Below, one piece after another: positions 19,848-29,562 of a stretch of 64,000 nucleotides of DNA (within the stretch, counting starts at the first letter, position 1; the number at the start of each line of letters is the position of its first letter). The position numbers were made by a program, and so were the translations under genes. Source of the stretch: Solirubrobacteraceae bacterium. GTDB lineage: Bacteria; Actinomycetota; Thermoleophilia; Solirubrobacterales; Solirubrobacteraceae. Under the pieces are notes generated by a model that was given only the letters and a program-made list of their open reading frames with translations, did no database searches and was not told the DNA's origin. The DNA is taken from assembly GCA_036496915.1 (NCBI GenBank), contig DASXKH010000015.1, forward strand, positions 902-64,901. Direction: 5' to 3'.

Positions 19848-20305
19848 GCCCCGAGTCGCACACCGATACCTGGTCTGAGCGCGCCGAGGCGACGCTGGCC
19901 GCCACTGGGCACCGTCGCGGGGGCGCCAGACGCGCGCTGCTGGAGCTGTTGGACGGGCAAGAGTGCGCGCTTACCGCGCACGAGATCGAGGAGGCGCTGC
20001 GGGCGCGGGGCAAGGGTCGGCGCGTGGTGAGCCGGGCGAGCGTGTATCGGATCCTCGACGAGCTCGAGCGGTTGCGGTTGGTGCAGCGAGTGGAGACCGG
20101 CCAGGCGATGGTGCGCTACGAGCGCGTGTGCGAGGACCACGACCACCACCATCATCTCGTGTGCGACGAGTGCGGCGTGGTGATGCCCTTCTCCGATCCC
20201 GCGCTGGAGCGCGCGATCCAGACGCTCAGCGAGCGGGTGCCGCTGGCGGTGTCCGAGCACGAGATCGTGCTGCACGGCGCCTGCCGAGAGTGTCGCGCGG
20301 CGTAG
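19844..20305 (+). CDS. Fur-family regulator, Zur-like
   Basis: SRASVYRIL, HHHHLVCDECG, HGACREC. ATGA-coupled to the metal permease. Confidence 0.9.
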   Translation: MSPESHTDTWSERAEATLAATGHRRGGARRALLELLDGQECALTAHEIEEALRARGKGRRVVSRASVYRILDELERLRLVQRVETGQAMVRYERVCEDHDHHHHLVCDECGVVMPFSDPALERAIQTLSERVPLAVSEHEIVLHGACRECRAA

Positions 20306-22397
20306 AGGCTCGCGCGGCGACGGGCCGCCCCCACAGGTAGGCGAGCACGCAGATCAGCGTGAACACGGCGACCACGAGCAGGACCGGGCCGGAATCCTCC
20401 ACGAGCGCGCCGACGACGCCCGCGGCCAGGCCCCCGCAGAGCGCGGCCAGCCAGGCGGGATCGCCCGCGACGGGGGCCAGCAGCCGCTCGCGCCGGCGCG
20501 CTCCCCAGACCGCGCAGATGAGCGCGAGGAACGTGGCCACGGGCATCGCGTGGTTGTGCAGCTCGCCGAAGGCGGCGGTGTAGCGGCGGACGATCACATC
20601 GCGCAGGTCGCCGGCTGAGCGGGCGTGCAGGATGCTGCCGGTGTAGTGGCCGGAGCCGTGGGCGGTGAGCAGGTCGAGCGCGGCGAGGGCCACCAGCGCG
20701 AGGATCGGCGCGATCAGCACGACCAGGGCGCGCCTGCGCGTGAGGGCGCCCGGCAGCAGCATGACGCTCGCGACGGCGGTCCCGGCGCCGACCAGGATCA
20801 CCCCGCCGACCCCGGCGCCGATCCGCGCCGAGCCCTCGACGATTGCGAGCACGACGCCCGCCCCGGCCATCGAGAGCGCGCCGCGGCGACCTCTGATCGC
20901 GGGATACAGCGCCGCGGCGACCGCCGCCAGCACGAGCACCGCGAGTCCGGACTTGAGCTCGTTGCCGATGCCGTAGAAGCGCGCGCCGAGGATCGGGTTG
21001 GGGCCGAGCAGCGAGCGCATCAGCAGCTGCGTGCCCGCGAGCGCGTCGAGGGCAAGCGCGACGATCGCCACGACCGCGGGAGCGAGTGGCGCCCGTGGCC
21101 ACGGCAGCAGCAGGTCGGTGAGAGCGCCCAGCGTCAGGCAGGCGAGCGCGATCGCCATGTACTCGACCGCGGCACTCGGCTGCAGCGCCGCGGGAATCAA
21201 CACGACGACGGGTGCCCACAGCACGCCGAGCGCGCCCACGCGCATCGCCCAGGCGCGCGCGCGCGGCGAGGGCACGCATACGATCAGCAACAGCGCCCAG
21301 GCGCTCAACAGCCAGCCCAGCGCGCGCAGTCGCCGGGGGCCGATCACGTGCAGGCGGGCCATCAGCGCGCGCAGGCTCGCGGAGTGCAGCGGGCCGTCGG
21401 TGTGGATCGGATCGCCGCGCATGTCCGCGGGGATCGGCTCACCGACCGGGTCCAGGCGCCGAAGGATCGTCGGGGCGAGATCGATCGCTGCGATCAGGCC
21501 GCGCTGGTTGGTCGTCTGTGAGCTGAGCACCGTCGATGACGGCGCCTGGATCGCTCCCGGCGTCGTGTCCCCGAGGCGTTCGTCCGGCGCAAGCCCGGCT
21601 GCACCGGCCCACAGCAGCTCGTGCCCGCGCGGGGCGCGCGCCCGCTGCATGACGAGCAACAGCTCGCCCGTCGCCCGGGCGGTGCTGAGGGCGTGGAGAT
21701 CTTCATAGCCGGCGGCGCCGGCCGGCAGGTCGGCGACGACGAGGGGGTGAGTGCGCCTCAGCAGCACGATGCGCGCGAGCAGCGTGGTGGCCGGACCCAG
21801 CGAGACGCCGGCCACGTGTCCGCCACGGTCGGCGGCGGCGATCGCGTCGAGGTGGTCGATCCCATAGATGCCCGCATAGGCGCCACCGCCTAGGATCTGC
21901 GTCGCGAGCAGACCGGGGCGCAGCAGCTGGGGGGCTTCTTCGGCGCGCTTGCGCGCCGCCCGCCAGCCCGCGATCGCGCCTTCGGGACCGACCGTGCGCA
22001 GCGACATCGCCGGTGGGCGCGAGGTGGCGTAGGCCGAGCTCGCGACGCGCGCGCCCTGGGTGATGTCGAGCAGCATCTGCGCGGCGGTGTAGGAGCCCTG
22101 GGTCGCGGAGACGATCCCGACGGACATGCCCGGAACGCTCGCCAGGGCGCGCTCGTCGGTGGGCAGGAACGCCAGCACGACCGAGCCCCGCCGGGGCCGT
22201 GGAGTCGACGTGAGGACGCTGCGGGTCCGCGCTGTCGCTCCAGTCACGCCGGACGCGGCCCGCGCGGGTGTGGCGTGCGGCGCGGGGCCCGCGAAGCCCA
22301 TCGTCGCCGCGTTCGGCGCGAGTGCGCCCGCGAGCGCGATGGTCGCGGCGCCGACGAGAGGGAGGGCGACGCTCGCCGCCGTCCCCCGCCGTATCAA
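20226..22397 (-). CDS. Large hypothetical membrane protein (extracellular domain plus multi-TM domain)
   Basis: TTG start 2 nt after the MMPL stop; signal-like N-terminus; RGLIAAIDLAPTIL motif; GARFYGIGNE; about ten TM segments. Confidence 0.75.
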   Translation of the reverse strand: MIRRGTAASVALPLVGAATIALAGALAPNAATMGFAGPAPHATPARAASGVTGATARTRSVLTSTPRPRRGSVVLAFLPTDERALASVPGMSVGIVSATQGSYTAAQMLLDITQGARVASSAYATSRPPAMSLRTVGPEGAIAGWRAARKRAEEAPQLLRPGLLATQILGGGAYAGIYGIDHLDAIAAADRGGHVAGVSLGPATTLLARIVLLRRTHPLVVADLPAGAAGYEDLHALSTARATGELLLVMQRARAPRGHELLWAGAAGLAPDERLGDTTPGAIQAPSSTVLSSQTTNQRGLIAAIDLAPTILRRLDPVGEPIPADMRGDPIHTDGPLHSASLRALMARLHVIGPRRLRALGWLLSAWALLLIVCVPSPRARAWAMRVGALGVLWAPVVVLIPAALQPSAAVEYMAIALACLTLGALTDLLLPWPRAPLAPAVVAIVALALDALAGTQLLMRSLLGPNPILGARFYGIGNELKSGLAVLVLAAVAAALYPAIRGRRGALSMAGAGVVLAIVEGSARIGAGVGGVILVGAGTAVASVMLLPGALTRRRALVVLIAPILALVALAALDLLTAHGSGHYTGSILHARSAGDLRDVIVRRYTAAFGELHNHAMPVATFLALICAVWGARRRERLLAPVAGDPAWLAALCGGLAAGVVGALVEDSGPVLLVVAVFTLICVLAYLWGRPVAARASTPRDTLGRRRAARSRARTPPAAPAR

Positions 22398-22399
22398 GC

Positions 22400-24841
22400 T
22401 CAGCCTTCGGCCCCCTCGGTAGCCACGCCCGGGCGCGGGTGTGGAGTGGGGCCGGGGAGCGTCGGCGGGCCGCTGGGCGCGGCGCCATCCACGGCGTCTG
22501 GGGGCAGCTCTGTGCCCTCGACGTTCAGCTTCGGCAGTACCCTGTCCAGCCAGCCCGGGATGTGCCAGGTGCGCTCGCCGACGAGATGCAATACCGCCGG
22601 CAGCAGCAGGCAGCGCACGACGAGCGCGTCGAGGAACACGGCGCTGGCGAGGCTCAGGCCGAACTCCTTGATTACGCGATTTTCGCCGAGCATGAAGGAG
22701 AGGAAGACGCACACCATGATCGCCGCGGCCGCGGTCACGACGCGCCCGGTCAGCGCCAGTCCCTCGGCGACCGCGCGCGAGTGTTCGCGGGTATGCGTCC
22801 AGCGCTCGTGCATGCGCGAGATCAGGAAGACCTCGTAGTCCATCGACAGGCCGAACACGATCGCGAACAGCATCACCGGGATGAACGACTCGATCGGGCC
22901 CTGCTGGACGCCGAAGACGCTCCCCAGCCAGCCCCACTGGAAGATCATCACGATCACTCCGAGCGCGGCGCTGATGCTGAGCAGGTTCATGATCGCGGCC
23001 TGCAGCGGGATCACGAGCGAGCGGAACACGACCATCAGCAAGAGCGCGGAGAGCAGCACGACGACGCCGATGAACAGCGGCAGCTTGTGGCCGAGCACGG
23101 CGGCGAAGTCGACCGCGCCGGCGGTCACGCCGCCGACGTACACGGACATGCCGGTCTGGGTCTCGATCGGTGGGACCACGCTGTCGCGCAGGCGGTTGAC
23201 GAGCTGGGTCGTCGCGTACGCCTGGGGGGAGGAGTGCGGGTAGACGGTGATCGTGGCCACTTCACCGCTCGGACTGAGCTTTGCCGGGGCGACCGAGACG
23301 ACGCCCGCGGTGGAGGCGATCGCGCTGCGCAGCTTTTCGACCGACGCCGGCGCGGTGCCGGAGGAGGAGGAGGAGCTGGGGGAGGGGGCGCTGGGGGACG
23401 AGGTGGATGGGAGGGCCTGTTTGGTCGTTTCGCCGCTTGGGTTGGGGACCTTGGCGACGACCAGCAGCGGGCCGTTGAACCCTTCGCCGAAGCCCTGCGC
23501 CAGCAACTCATATGCGCGGTGCGTAGTCTGGTTCGCCGGATCGTTGGAGGCGTCGCTGGAACCGAGTCGCAGCGCCATCGCCGGAGCGGCGATCAGCAGC
23601 ATCACCAGCGTCGAGGAGATCGCGATCGTCCACGGACGGCGCTGCACGAACGCGCTCCAGCGCAGCCACGTGTGGCCCGCTTGGAGCGTGGGCTCGTCGG
23701 TTGCGAGCGCCTGTGCGCCGGCCGTTCCCTGTGTTGGTGAGCCGTTCGCCGCAGGCGAGCCGCTCGCCGCGGCGGCCGTGCCGGCCTGTGCCTCGCGAGC
23801 TTCACGCGCGCGCGCGCGACGGCTCGGACGGGCGACGCGCGCGCCGGCGATCGTCAGCAGCGCCGGCAGCAGCGTGAGCGAGGCAAGCATCACCAGCAGC
23901 ACCCCGATCGACGCCGCGATCGCGACCCCGTAGAGGAAGTCGACGCCCAGCAGCATCATCCCGAGCAGCGCGATCACGACGGTCGTCCCGGCGAACAGGA
24001 CCGCGCGTCCGGCGGTGTCCATCGCGCGCACGACCGACTCGCGCGCGTCGCCGAACGTCGGCCCGGGGGTGCGGTAGGCCTCGCGGAAGCGCGTGAGGAT
24101 GAAGAGCGCATAGTCGATGCCCACGCCGAGCCCGATCATCGCGGCCAGCTCGGAGGAGAAGTCGGGGGTGTCGACGACGTGCGTGAACAGCGCGATCGCG
24201 CCGAGGCCCGTGCCCAGGCCGAACAGGGCGGTGACGATCGGCAGGCCCATCGCCGTGAGCGAGCCGAACGTCAGCAGCAGCACGACGATCGCCGCCAGCA
24301 GGCCGACGGCGGTGGACAGGCCGAAGCCGGCCTGCTCGGTCGACTCGATCGCCTGTCCACCGAGCTCGACCTGCAACCCCGGCTGCGCCGCCGCGCGGGC
24401 GGTGTTGACGACGCGTTCGGCGGCCTCTTTCGGGAGGTTGTTCGCTTTTTCGTCGAACACGACCGTCGCGAACGCGATCTGGCCGTTCGCGGAGATCGCC
24501 TTGCCGGCCGACGCGCCGACGTAGGGGCTGATCACGCCCGCGACGTGCGGGAGCTTTTTGACCTGCGCGAACGTGGCGTTCATTCGCGCGCGCACGGCGG
24601 GGTCGAGGACCGTGCCGGAGGAGACCTTGTAGACGATCGTGTCGCGGTCGCCCGCCTGGGCGGGGAAGCTGTGCTGCAGCAGATCGGCGGCGCGCTGGGA
24701 GTCGGAGTTGGGCAGCGTGAAGTTGTTCGAGTAGCTAGTGCCCGCCGATTGCGCGAGCATGTTCACGCCGATCAGCAGCACGATCCAGCCGATGACTACG
24801 TACTTGCGATGGGTTGTAGACCAGCGAGCGAGCTTCAACAT
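22400..24841 (-). CDS. MMPL/RND family transporter
   Basis: GLGVGIDYALF, AGRAVLFAGTTV, LFAIVFGLSMDYEVFL, TGRVVTAAAAIM. Confidence 0.95.
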   Translation of the reverse strand: MLKLARWSTTHRKYVVIGWIVLLIGVNMLAQSAGTSYSNNFTLPNSDSQRAADLLQHSFPAQAGDRDTIVYKVSSGTVLDPAVRARMNATFAQVKKLPHVAGVISPYVGASAGKAISANGQIAFATVVFDEKANNLPKEAAERVVNTARAAAQPGLQVELGGQAIESTEQAGFGLSTAVGLLAAIVVLLLTFGSLTAMGLPIVTALFGLGTGLGAIALFTHVVDTPDFSSELAAMIGLGVGIDYALFILTRFREAYRTPGPTFGDARESVVRAMDTAGRAVLFAGTTVVIALLGMMLLGVDFLYGVAIAASIGVLLVMLASLTLLPALLTIAGARVARPSRRARAREAREAQAGTAAAASGSPAANGSPTQGTAGAQALATDEPTLQAGHTWLRWSAFVQRRPWTIAISSTLVMLLIAAPAMALRLGSSDASNDPANQTTHRAYELLAQGFGEGFNGPLLVVAKVPNPSGETTKQALPSTSSPSAPSPSSSSSSGTAPASVEKLRSAIASTAGVVSVAPAKLSPSGEVATITVYPHSSPQAYATTQLVNRLRDSVVPPIETQTGMSVYVGGVTAGAVDFAAVLGHKLPLFIGVVVLLSALLLMVVFRSLVIPLQAAIMNLLSISAALGVIVMIFQWGWLGSVFGVQQGPIESFIPVMLFAIVFGLSMDYEVFLISRMHERWTHTREHSRAVAEGLALTGRVVTAAAAIMVCVFLSFMLGENRVIKEFGLSLASAVFLDALVVRCLLLPAVLHLVGERTWHIPGWLDRVLPKLNVEGTELPPDAVDGAAPSGPPTLPGPTPHPRPGVATEGAEG

Positions 24842-24926
24842 GGCGGTTTCTCCGGGGAGGGTCGGCGGGCGGGGAGGGATACGCTCCCTGCAAGGGTAGC
24901 CATCTCTCCCGATCCGGCGGCGCCCT

Positions 24927-25475
24927 TCAGTTCACGCTCGGGTCCGCGGGCATGCGCGCGAGCAGCGCATAGCCCCCGCCCATGCGGTTCAGGACCATGC
25001 TCCACAGGTTTCCCGGCACTTCGGTGAACACGTCGTCGGGGACCGCGGCATGTGCGATCCAATCGCCGTCGGCGACCTCCTCGTCGAGCTGTCCTTCGCT
25101 CCAGCCGGCATATCCCGCGAACACCCGCCGGCGCGCGGTCGCCTCGGTCAGCTCCTCGATCCCGGCGTCTGGAGCGGGAAAACCGATGCGCCCGAGCACG
25201 AGCAGTCCCGCCGGGGAGGGGTCCAGGAACTCCGCCAGGCACACGATCGCGCTGGGCTGGACCGGTCCGCCGACATACACGGGCTCCTCCTCGGCGACGG
25301 CCTGCTCGAGCTGAGGCACCGCCTCGCCGACCGTGACCGTGGAGGGGCGGTTGAGCACCACGCCCATCGCGCCCTCCTGACTGTGCACCCCGATCAGGAT
25401 CACGGCCCGCTCGAAGTTGGGGTCGTGCACCGCCGGCGAGGCGAGCAGAAGCTGACCGCGAAGCGATTCCTCCAT
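24927..25475 (-). CDS. YqgE/AlgH family protein
   Basis: LLLASP...DPNFERAVIL, GAMGVVLNRP, GGPV, AGYAGWSEGQL. Confidence 0.93.
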   Translation of the reverse strand: MEESLRGQLLLASPAVHDPNFERAVILIGVHSQEGAMGVVLNRPSTVTVGEAVPQLEQAVAEEEPVYVGGPVQPSAIVCLAEFLDPSPAGLLVLGRIGFPAPDAGIEELTEATARRRVFAGYAGWSEGQLDEEVADGDWIAHAAVPDDVFTEVPGNLWSMVLNRMGGGYALLARMPADPSVN

Positions 25476-25631
25476 GATGTCATTCAGGCTAGCGCGCCGG
25501 AGGCCGATCGGCGCACGCGCGCGAGGGCATCGAGATCGGACGCCGGAAAGGCGCGGACGGTGGACCGCCACGGCCACGAACGCGGCGCCGATGCGCGGCG
25601 AAATGGGTAAATGCGACGAAGGGAGGCAGCT

Positions 25632-27053
25632 GTGAGCGCGAACGAGCTCGATGTGGTCGTGATCGGCGCCGGACCGGCGGGCGAGGTGTGCGCGGGACGG
25701 CTGGCCGCCGGCGATCTGGAGGTCGCGCTGGTCGAGCGTGAGCTGGTCGGCGGAGAATGCTCCTACTACGCGTGCATGCCCTCCAAGTCGCTGCTGCGCG
25801 CGGGTCAGGCGCTGGCGGAGGCCAGGCGCGTACCGGGCGCCGCGCAGGCGATGAACGGGGAGATCGACGTCGCCGCGGTGCTGTGCCGCCGCGACGAGGT
25901 GGTGCACGATCTGCACGACGATGCGCAGCTGCCGTGGCTGCGCGAACGGGAGATCGAGCTGGTGCGCGGACACGCGACGCTCACCGGTGAGCGTGAGGTT
26001 CTGGTCGGCGAGCGGACGCTGCGGGCGCGGCGCGCGGTCGTGCTCGCCACTGGCTCCACCGCCGCGATCCCGTCGATCCCGGGGTTGCGCGAGTGCGAGC
26101 CGTGGACCAACCGCGAGGTCACCACCGCCCACGCGGTTCCCGCCTCGTTGCTGATCCTCGGCGGTGGCGTGGTGGGTGTCGAGATGGCGTGCGCGTACGC
26201 CTCGCTCGGGGCGAGCGTGACGATCGTCGAGGGCTCCGAACGGCTGATCGCCCGCGAGGAGCCGTTCGCTTCCGAGCAGGTGCGCGAAGCGCTGGAGTCG
26301 CGGGGCGTCGAGGTCGTGCTCGGTGTCCCGGCGGCCTCGGCGCGGCGGGAGGCGGGCGGCGGGCGGACGCTCGTGCTGGAGGACGGCCGCGAGCTCGAGG
26401 GCGAGGAGTTGCTGGTCGCGGTCGGGCGCCGCCCGAACACCGGCGAGCTGGGCCTGGAAGCGCTCGGCCTGCGGCCGGGCGAGCCGATCGCCGTGCGCGA
26501 CGGCATGCGCACGATCGAGCACGAGTGGCTGTATGCGATCGGGGACGTGAACGGGCGCGTGCTGTTGACGCACATGGGCAAGTACCAGGGCCGCGTGGCC
26601 GCCGCGCACATCCTCGGGCGGGCGATCCCGCTGCTGAGCGATGGCCCGCTCTCCCCGCGCGCGATCTTCGGCGAGCCCCAGATCGCGGCTGTGGGTCACA
26701 CGCTCGCGAGCGCGCGGGAGGCGGGTCTGAACGCGCGCGCCGTCGACGTGCCCACGGGCGCCAACGCCGGCGCCAGCTTCGTCGGACACGAAGCACCCGG
26801 GACGTGCCGGCTCGTGCTCGACGAGGATCGGGGGACGATCGCCGGCGCGACGTTCACGGGTGCCGAGATGGCCGAGTCGCTACACGCCGCCACGATCGCG
26901 GTCGTCGGCGAGGTTTCGCTGGAGCGCATCTGGCACGCGGTCCCGTGCTTTCCCACTCGCAGCGAGGTATGGCTGAATCTGCTGGAGGCGATCGGCGCCG
27001 ATATCGATATTCTGACTGCGCGGGAAGATCGTCAAGCGAACGGGAGGACGTAG
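25632..27053 (+). CDS. Pyridine nucleotide-disulphide oxidoreductase (Lpd/MerA family)
   Basis: VIGAGPAG, redox-active GGECSYYACMPSK, LGGGVVG, AIGD. GGGAGG RBS before the GTG start. Confidence 0.9.
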   Translation: MSANELDVVVIGAGPAGEVCAGRLAAGDLEVALVERELVGGECSYYACMPSKSLLRAGQALAEARRVPGAAQAMNGEIDVAAVLCRRDEVVHDLHDDAQLPWLREREIELVRGHATLTGEREVLVGERTLRARRAVVLATGSTAAIPSIPGLRECEPWTNREVTTAHAVPASLLILGGGVVGVEMACAYASLGASVTIVEGSERLIAREEPFASEQVREALESRGVEVVLGVPAASARREAGGGRTLVLEDGRELEGEELLVAVGRRPNTGELGLEALGLRPGEPIAVRDGMRTIEHEWLYAIGDVNGRVLLTHMGKYQGRVAAAHILGRAIPLLSDGPLSPRAIFGEPQIAAVGHTLASAREAGLNARAVDVPTGANAGASFVGHEAPGTCRLVLDEDRGTIAGATFTGAEMAESLHAATIAVVGEVSLERIWHAVPCFPTRSEVWLNLLEAIGADIDILTAREDRQANGRT

Positions 27054-27059
27054 AGCACC

Positions 27060-27527
27060 ATGGCCAAGACTCCGCAGGTGGGCGAGCCGGCGCCGGACTT
27101 CGAGCTTGCCGGGACCGACGGTACCTTCAGGCTCTCAGAGCATCGTGGCGAGCGCGTCGTGCTGCTTTTCTACCCAGGAGATCGAACGATGGTCTGTACC
27201 AAACAGTTCTGCTCCTACCGTGACCGGACCGAGGATTTCAACGAGCTTGGTGCGACTGTCGTCGGGATCTCGGCTCAGGATGTTGCTTCCCATGAGGACT
27301 TCGTTACAAAGAACTCGCTCACGGTGCCGCTGCTGGCCGACATCGGCGGGACCGTCGCAAAGCAATACGGTGCATGGGGGGGAAGGCTCGGTACCAAGCG
27401 GGCGGTGATCGTGATTGACGAGGACGGGATCGTCCGTCATCGTCATGATCATCTGTTGGGGCTTGATTACCAGTCTGTGGACGACCTCAAGGCGGCGCTG
27501 GACGCACTGCCCGGCCGGGCCGCCTGA
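27060..27527 (+). CDS. bcp: Peroxiredoxin, BCP/PrxQ type
   Basis: FYPGDRTMVCTKQFC (PxxxTxxC with a resolving Cys). Confidence 0.88.
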   Translation: MAKTPQVGEPAPDFELAGTDGTFRLSEHRGERVVLLFYPGDRTMVCTKQFCSYRDRTEDFNELGATVVGISAQDVASHEDFVTKNSLTVPLLADIGGTVAKQYGAWGGRLGTKRAVIVIDEDGIVRHRHDHLLGLDYQSVDDLKAALDALPGRAA

Positions 27528-27599
27528 GGGGTAGCATCGCATCCAACGGCTTTCGGGAAAGGCTTTGAAAAAACGAAGCCCTATGGGTAGTCTGAGGGT

Positions 27600-27758
27600 A
27601 TGGCTACTAAGCATGATCGTGCTCTAGCGTCGTTTCTGGTCGGTCTGGACGATGTGGCACATTCCGTTTTCGTGGTGGACACGGTCGCCCGTACGCCTGA
27701 CTTCTCCGTGACCCTGCGGTGCGACGCTGAAACCAAGGAGCGCGGAACCCTCGGCTGA
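27600..27758 (+). CDS. Possible 52-aa hypothetical protein
   Basis: GAGGGT RBS-like sequence, then ATG MATKHDRALASFLVGLDD...RGTLG. No recognisable motif. Confidence 0.25.
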   Translation: MATKHDRALASFLVGLDDVAHSVFVVDTVARTPDFSVTLRCDAETKERGTLG

Positions 27759-27935
27759 CTCGCTCCTGCTTCTCGTCCGGAGCGCAAGCTCGGCAGTGGG
27801 GTGGGTGGGCTGTCGCGATGCTCAGCTAGCAGGCGTTTCGTTTGGGCCTACACACCTGGGCCGTCCGTCCTGAGCGGCGGTGGGTGCCCGACTCCGCCAG
27901 CCCTGGCCCTCGCATGCCGCGAATGCGAGCTGTCG

Positions 27936-28259
27936 CTAGCCGCCCGCCTCGGCTTCCGCAATCCGTCCCGCCTGGCCGCGCTTTTCGACCACGACATAAC
28001 CGGGGTAGACCTCGACGGTCGACTCGATGGCCGGTTCCTCGTGCCCTGGGAGCACGACGAACCGGCGCGGATGGGATCGCACGCGTGAGTATTCCCCGAT
28101 CGAGAGGTCGAGTACCCCGCCGCAATCCACGCGGATGCACTCGCATATGAAGGTGTCGGCCGACTCTCCGTTGCGTGGACGCTGGTACTCGATCCTGTCG
28201 TTTATGCGCCGTGCGAGGGCCTCGTTCTGCGCCATACGGCGCTTGCGTTGATCGTCCAC
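27936..28259 (-). CDS. Hypothetical 107-aa protein with CEC-x3-C/His motif
   Basis: RMAQNEALARRINDRI...FICECIRVDC...YSRVRSHPRRFVVLPGHE...VVVEK; reads like a recurrent Thermoleophilia small-protein family (recollection). Confidence 0.75.
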   Translation of the reverse strand: MDDQRKRRMAQNEALARRINDRIEYQRPRNGESADTFICECIRVDCGGVLDLSIGEYSRVRSHPRRFVVLPGHEEPAIESTVEVYPGYVVVEKRGQAGRIAEAEAGG

Positions 28260-28291
28260 TCCAGGATCATCCCACTCGAGCGGGGAGATCG

Positions 28292-28879
28292 CTATCGGTA
28301 CAGATCGATGAGCTGGCGTGCCATCGACTTGCCTCGCCGCGCGGCTTGCGCATCGCCCTCGGCTGCTACGACGATCGAGCCCTCCATGAGGATGTGCCAC
28401 GAGCGCGCGAACGACTCGGTGTCGCGCAGACCGGCTTCCTCGGCTAGGCGGCGTACGATCGCGCGGATCTGCTCGAGATGCCGTACGCTGGCGCCGCCTG
28501 CGGGATGGTTGGGGCCGAGTTCGAGCAGTACCTTGATGAACGAGCCCGCCTCGAAGTCGTCGCGATGGAACCACTCGTCGAGTACATCGAAGATGGCAAG
28601 TAGTCGCTCCTCGGGGTTCGAGCCGCGACGGATGGCCCCGGCTTCAATGAGGTCTTTGGTCCAGCGCTGTTCGCGGAGGTCGAGGAACGCGAGCACGAGC
28701 CTGTCCTTGGAGGGGAAGTGCCGGTAGAACGTCGCGGTCGCGACGCCCGCGCGCTCAGTCAGCTCGTTGACCCCAACCGCTTGGATGCCGCGTCGCGAGA
28801 ACAGCTCGTAGGCGGCATCCAGAATCCGCTCGCGGGCGCTTACACCCGTCTCGGTCGGTTGGCGGTGGGTTTCAAGCAT
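28292..28879 (-). CDS. TetR/AcrR family regulator
   Basis: ARERILDAAYELFSRRGIQAVGVNELTERAGVATATFYRHFPSK. Confidence 0.95.
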   Translation of the reverse strand: MLETHRQPTETGVSARERILDAAYELFSRRGIQAVGVNELTERAGVATATFYRHFPSKDRLVLAFLDLREQRWTKDLIEAGAIRRGSNPEERLLAIFDVLDEWFHRDDFEAGSFIKVLLELGPNHPAGGASVRHLEQIRAIVRRLAEEAGLRDTESFARSWHILMEGSIVVAAEGDAQAARRGKSMARQLIDLYR

Positions 28880-28892
28880 CCTCAGAAGGGTA
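28869..28892 (+). promoter_or_regulatory. SigB/SigF-type general-stress promoter
   Basis: GTTT-N15-GGGTA, matching the established consensus, upstream of the small-protein genes. Confidence 0.6.
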
Positions 28893-28896
28893 CCAC

Positions 28897-28939
28897 TAGA
28901 AAGAGCGCTCTCTCTATGATAGAAAGAGTGTTCTCTCTC
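28897..28939. promoter_or_regulatory. Tandem TetR-type operators flanking a TATGAT -10 box
   Basis: TAGAAAGAGCGCTCTCTCTA (one-mismatch palindrome) and TAGAAAGAGTGTTCTCTCTC, 23-bp period. Confidence 0.7.
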
Positions 28940-28984
28940 CTCGCTAAGGCTTGCTGAGGAGCATCCAACGTAAAGGAGGATCCT

Positions 28985-29140
28985 GTGGGGCTCTTGGAGT
29001 TGCTTTTGATTGTCCTAGTCATCGCAGCCGTCGCAGGCGGGATCGGCGTAAGCCCGTTGCTTTGGCTGCTGCTTGTGATAGCGCTCGTGGTCTTCCTCAC
29101 GGGCGGCGGATTCGGCTATCGCAGAGGCGGGCGGGTCTAG
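28985..29140 (+). CDS. 51-aa hydrophobic membrane protein (absent from the ORF track)
   Basis: AAAGGAGG RBS; MGLLELLLIVLVIAAVAGGIGVSPLLWLLLVIALVVFLTGGGFGYRRGGRV. Confidence 0.8.
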   Translation: MGLLELLLIVLVIAAVAGGIGVSPLLWLLLVIALVVFLTGGGFGYRRGGRV

Positions 29141-29142
29141 CT

Positions 29143-29349
29143 ATGACCCTCGGAACATCAATTTTCCTCATCGCCGTCGGCGCGATCATCCGCTACGGCC
29201 TGACATTTCACGTGTCGGGCGTATCGCGGCCAACGATCGGCCTGATCCTCATCATCGCCGGCATCGTCGGTTTGGTGCTGTCGCTGTTCTACATGGCCAC
29301 CGCTCGACGGCGAGTAGTCGGCGGACCTTATGAAGAACGGCGCCTGTAG
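29143..29349 (+). CDS. 68-aa two-TM protein, DUF6458-like
   Basis: MTLGTSIFLIAVGAIIRYG...GLILIIAGIVGLVLSL; starts 2 nt after the previous stop. Confidence 0.8.
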   Translation: MTLGTSIFLIAVGAIIRYGLTFHVSGVSRPTIGLILIIAGIVGLVLSLFYMATARRRVVGGPYEERRL

Positions 29350-29356
29350 TCCGAGT

Positions 29357-29383
29357 GACCCCCTGCGAGCGCCGCAGGGGGTC
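29357..29383 (+). terminator. Hairpin after the DUF6458-like gene
   Basis: GACCCCCTGCG-AGCGC-CGCAGGGGGTC. Confidence 0.6.
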
Positions 29384-29562
29384 GGCCCGTCAGGCGCCTA
29401 CGCGGCTCGCCCTGCTGCTGGGCGGCGAGCTCAGCTCGAGACGCCGCGCAGACTCCGCGGCCTTTAGCTCCAGCGGCACTAGGGCCCACGGCGCCTGCCC
29501 GGGCTAGATGTCTTCGCGTCAGCCACAGGAAGCTAAACAAAGCTAGCTACAGGAGGGAAACC

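Noticed and set aside
20226-20305. Convergent 3' overlaps (zur with the membrane protein gene; also HAD/pgi and sixA/RR) as an antisense system
   Set aside because: Stop-codon scarcity in high-GC DNA readily explains such overlaps.
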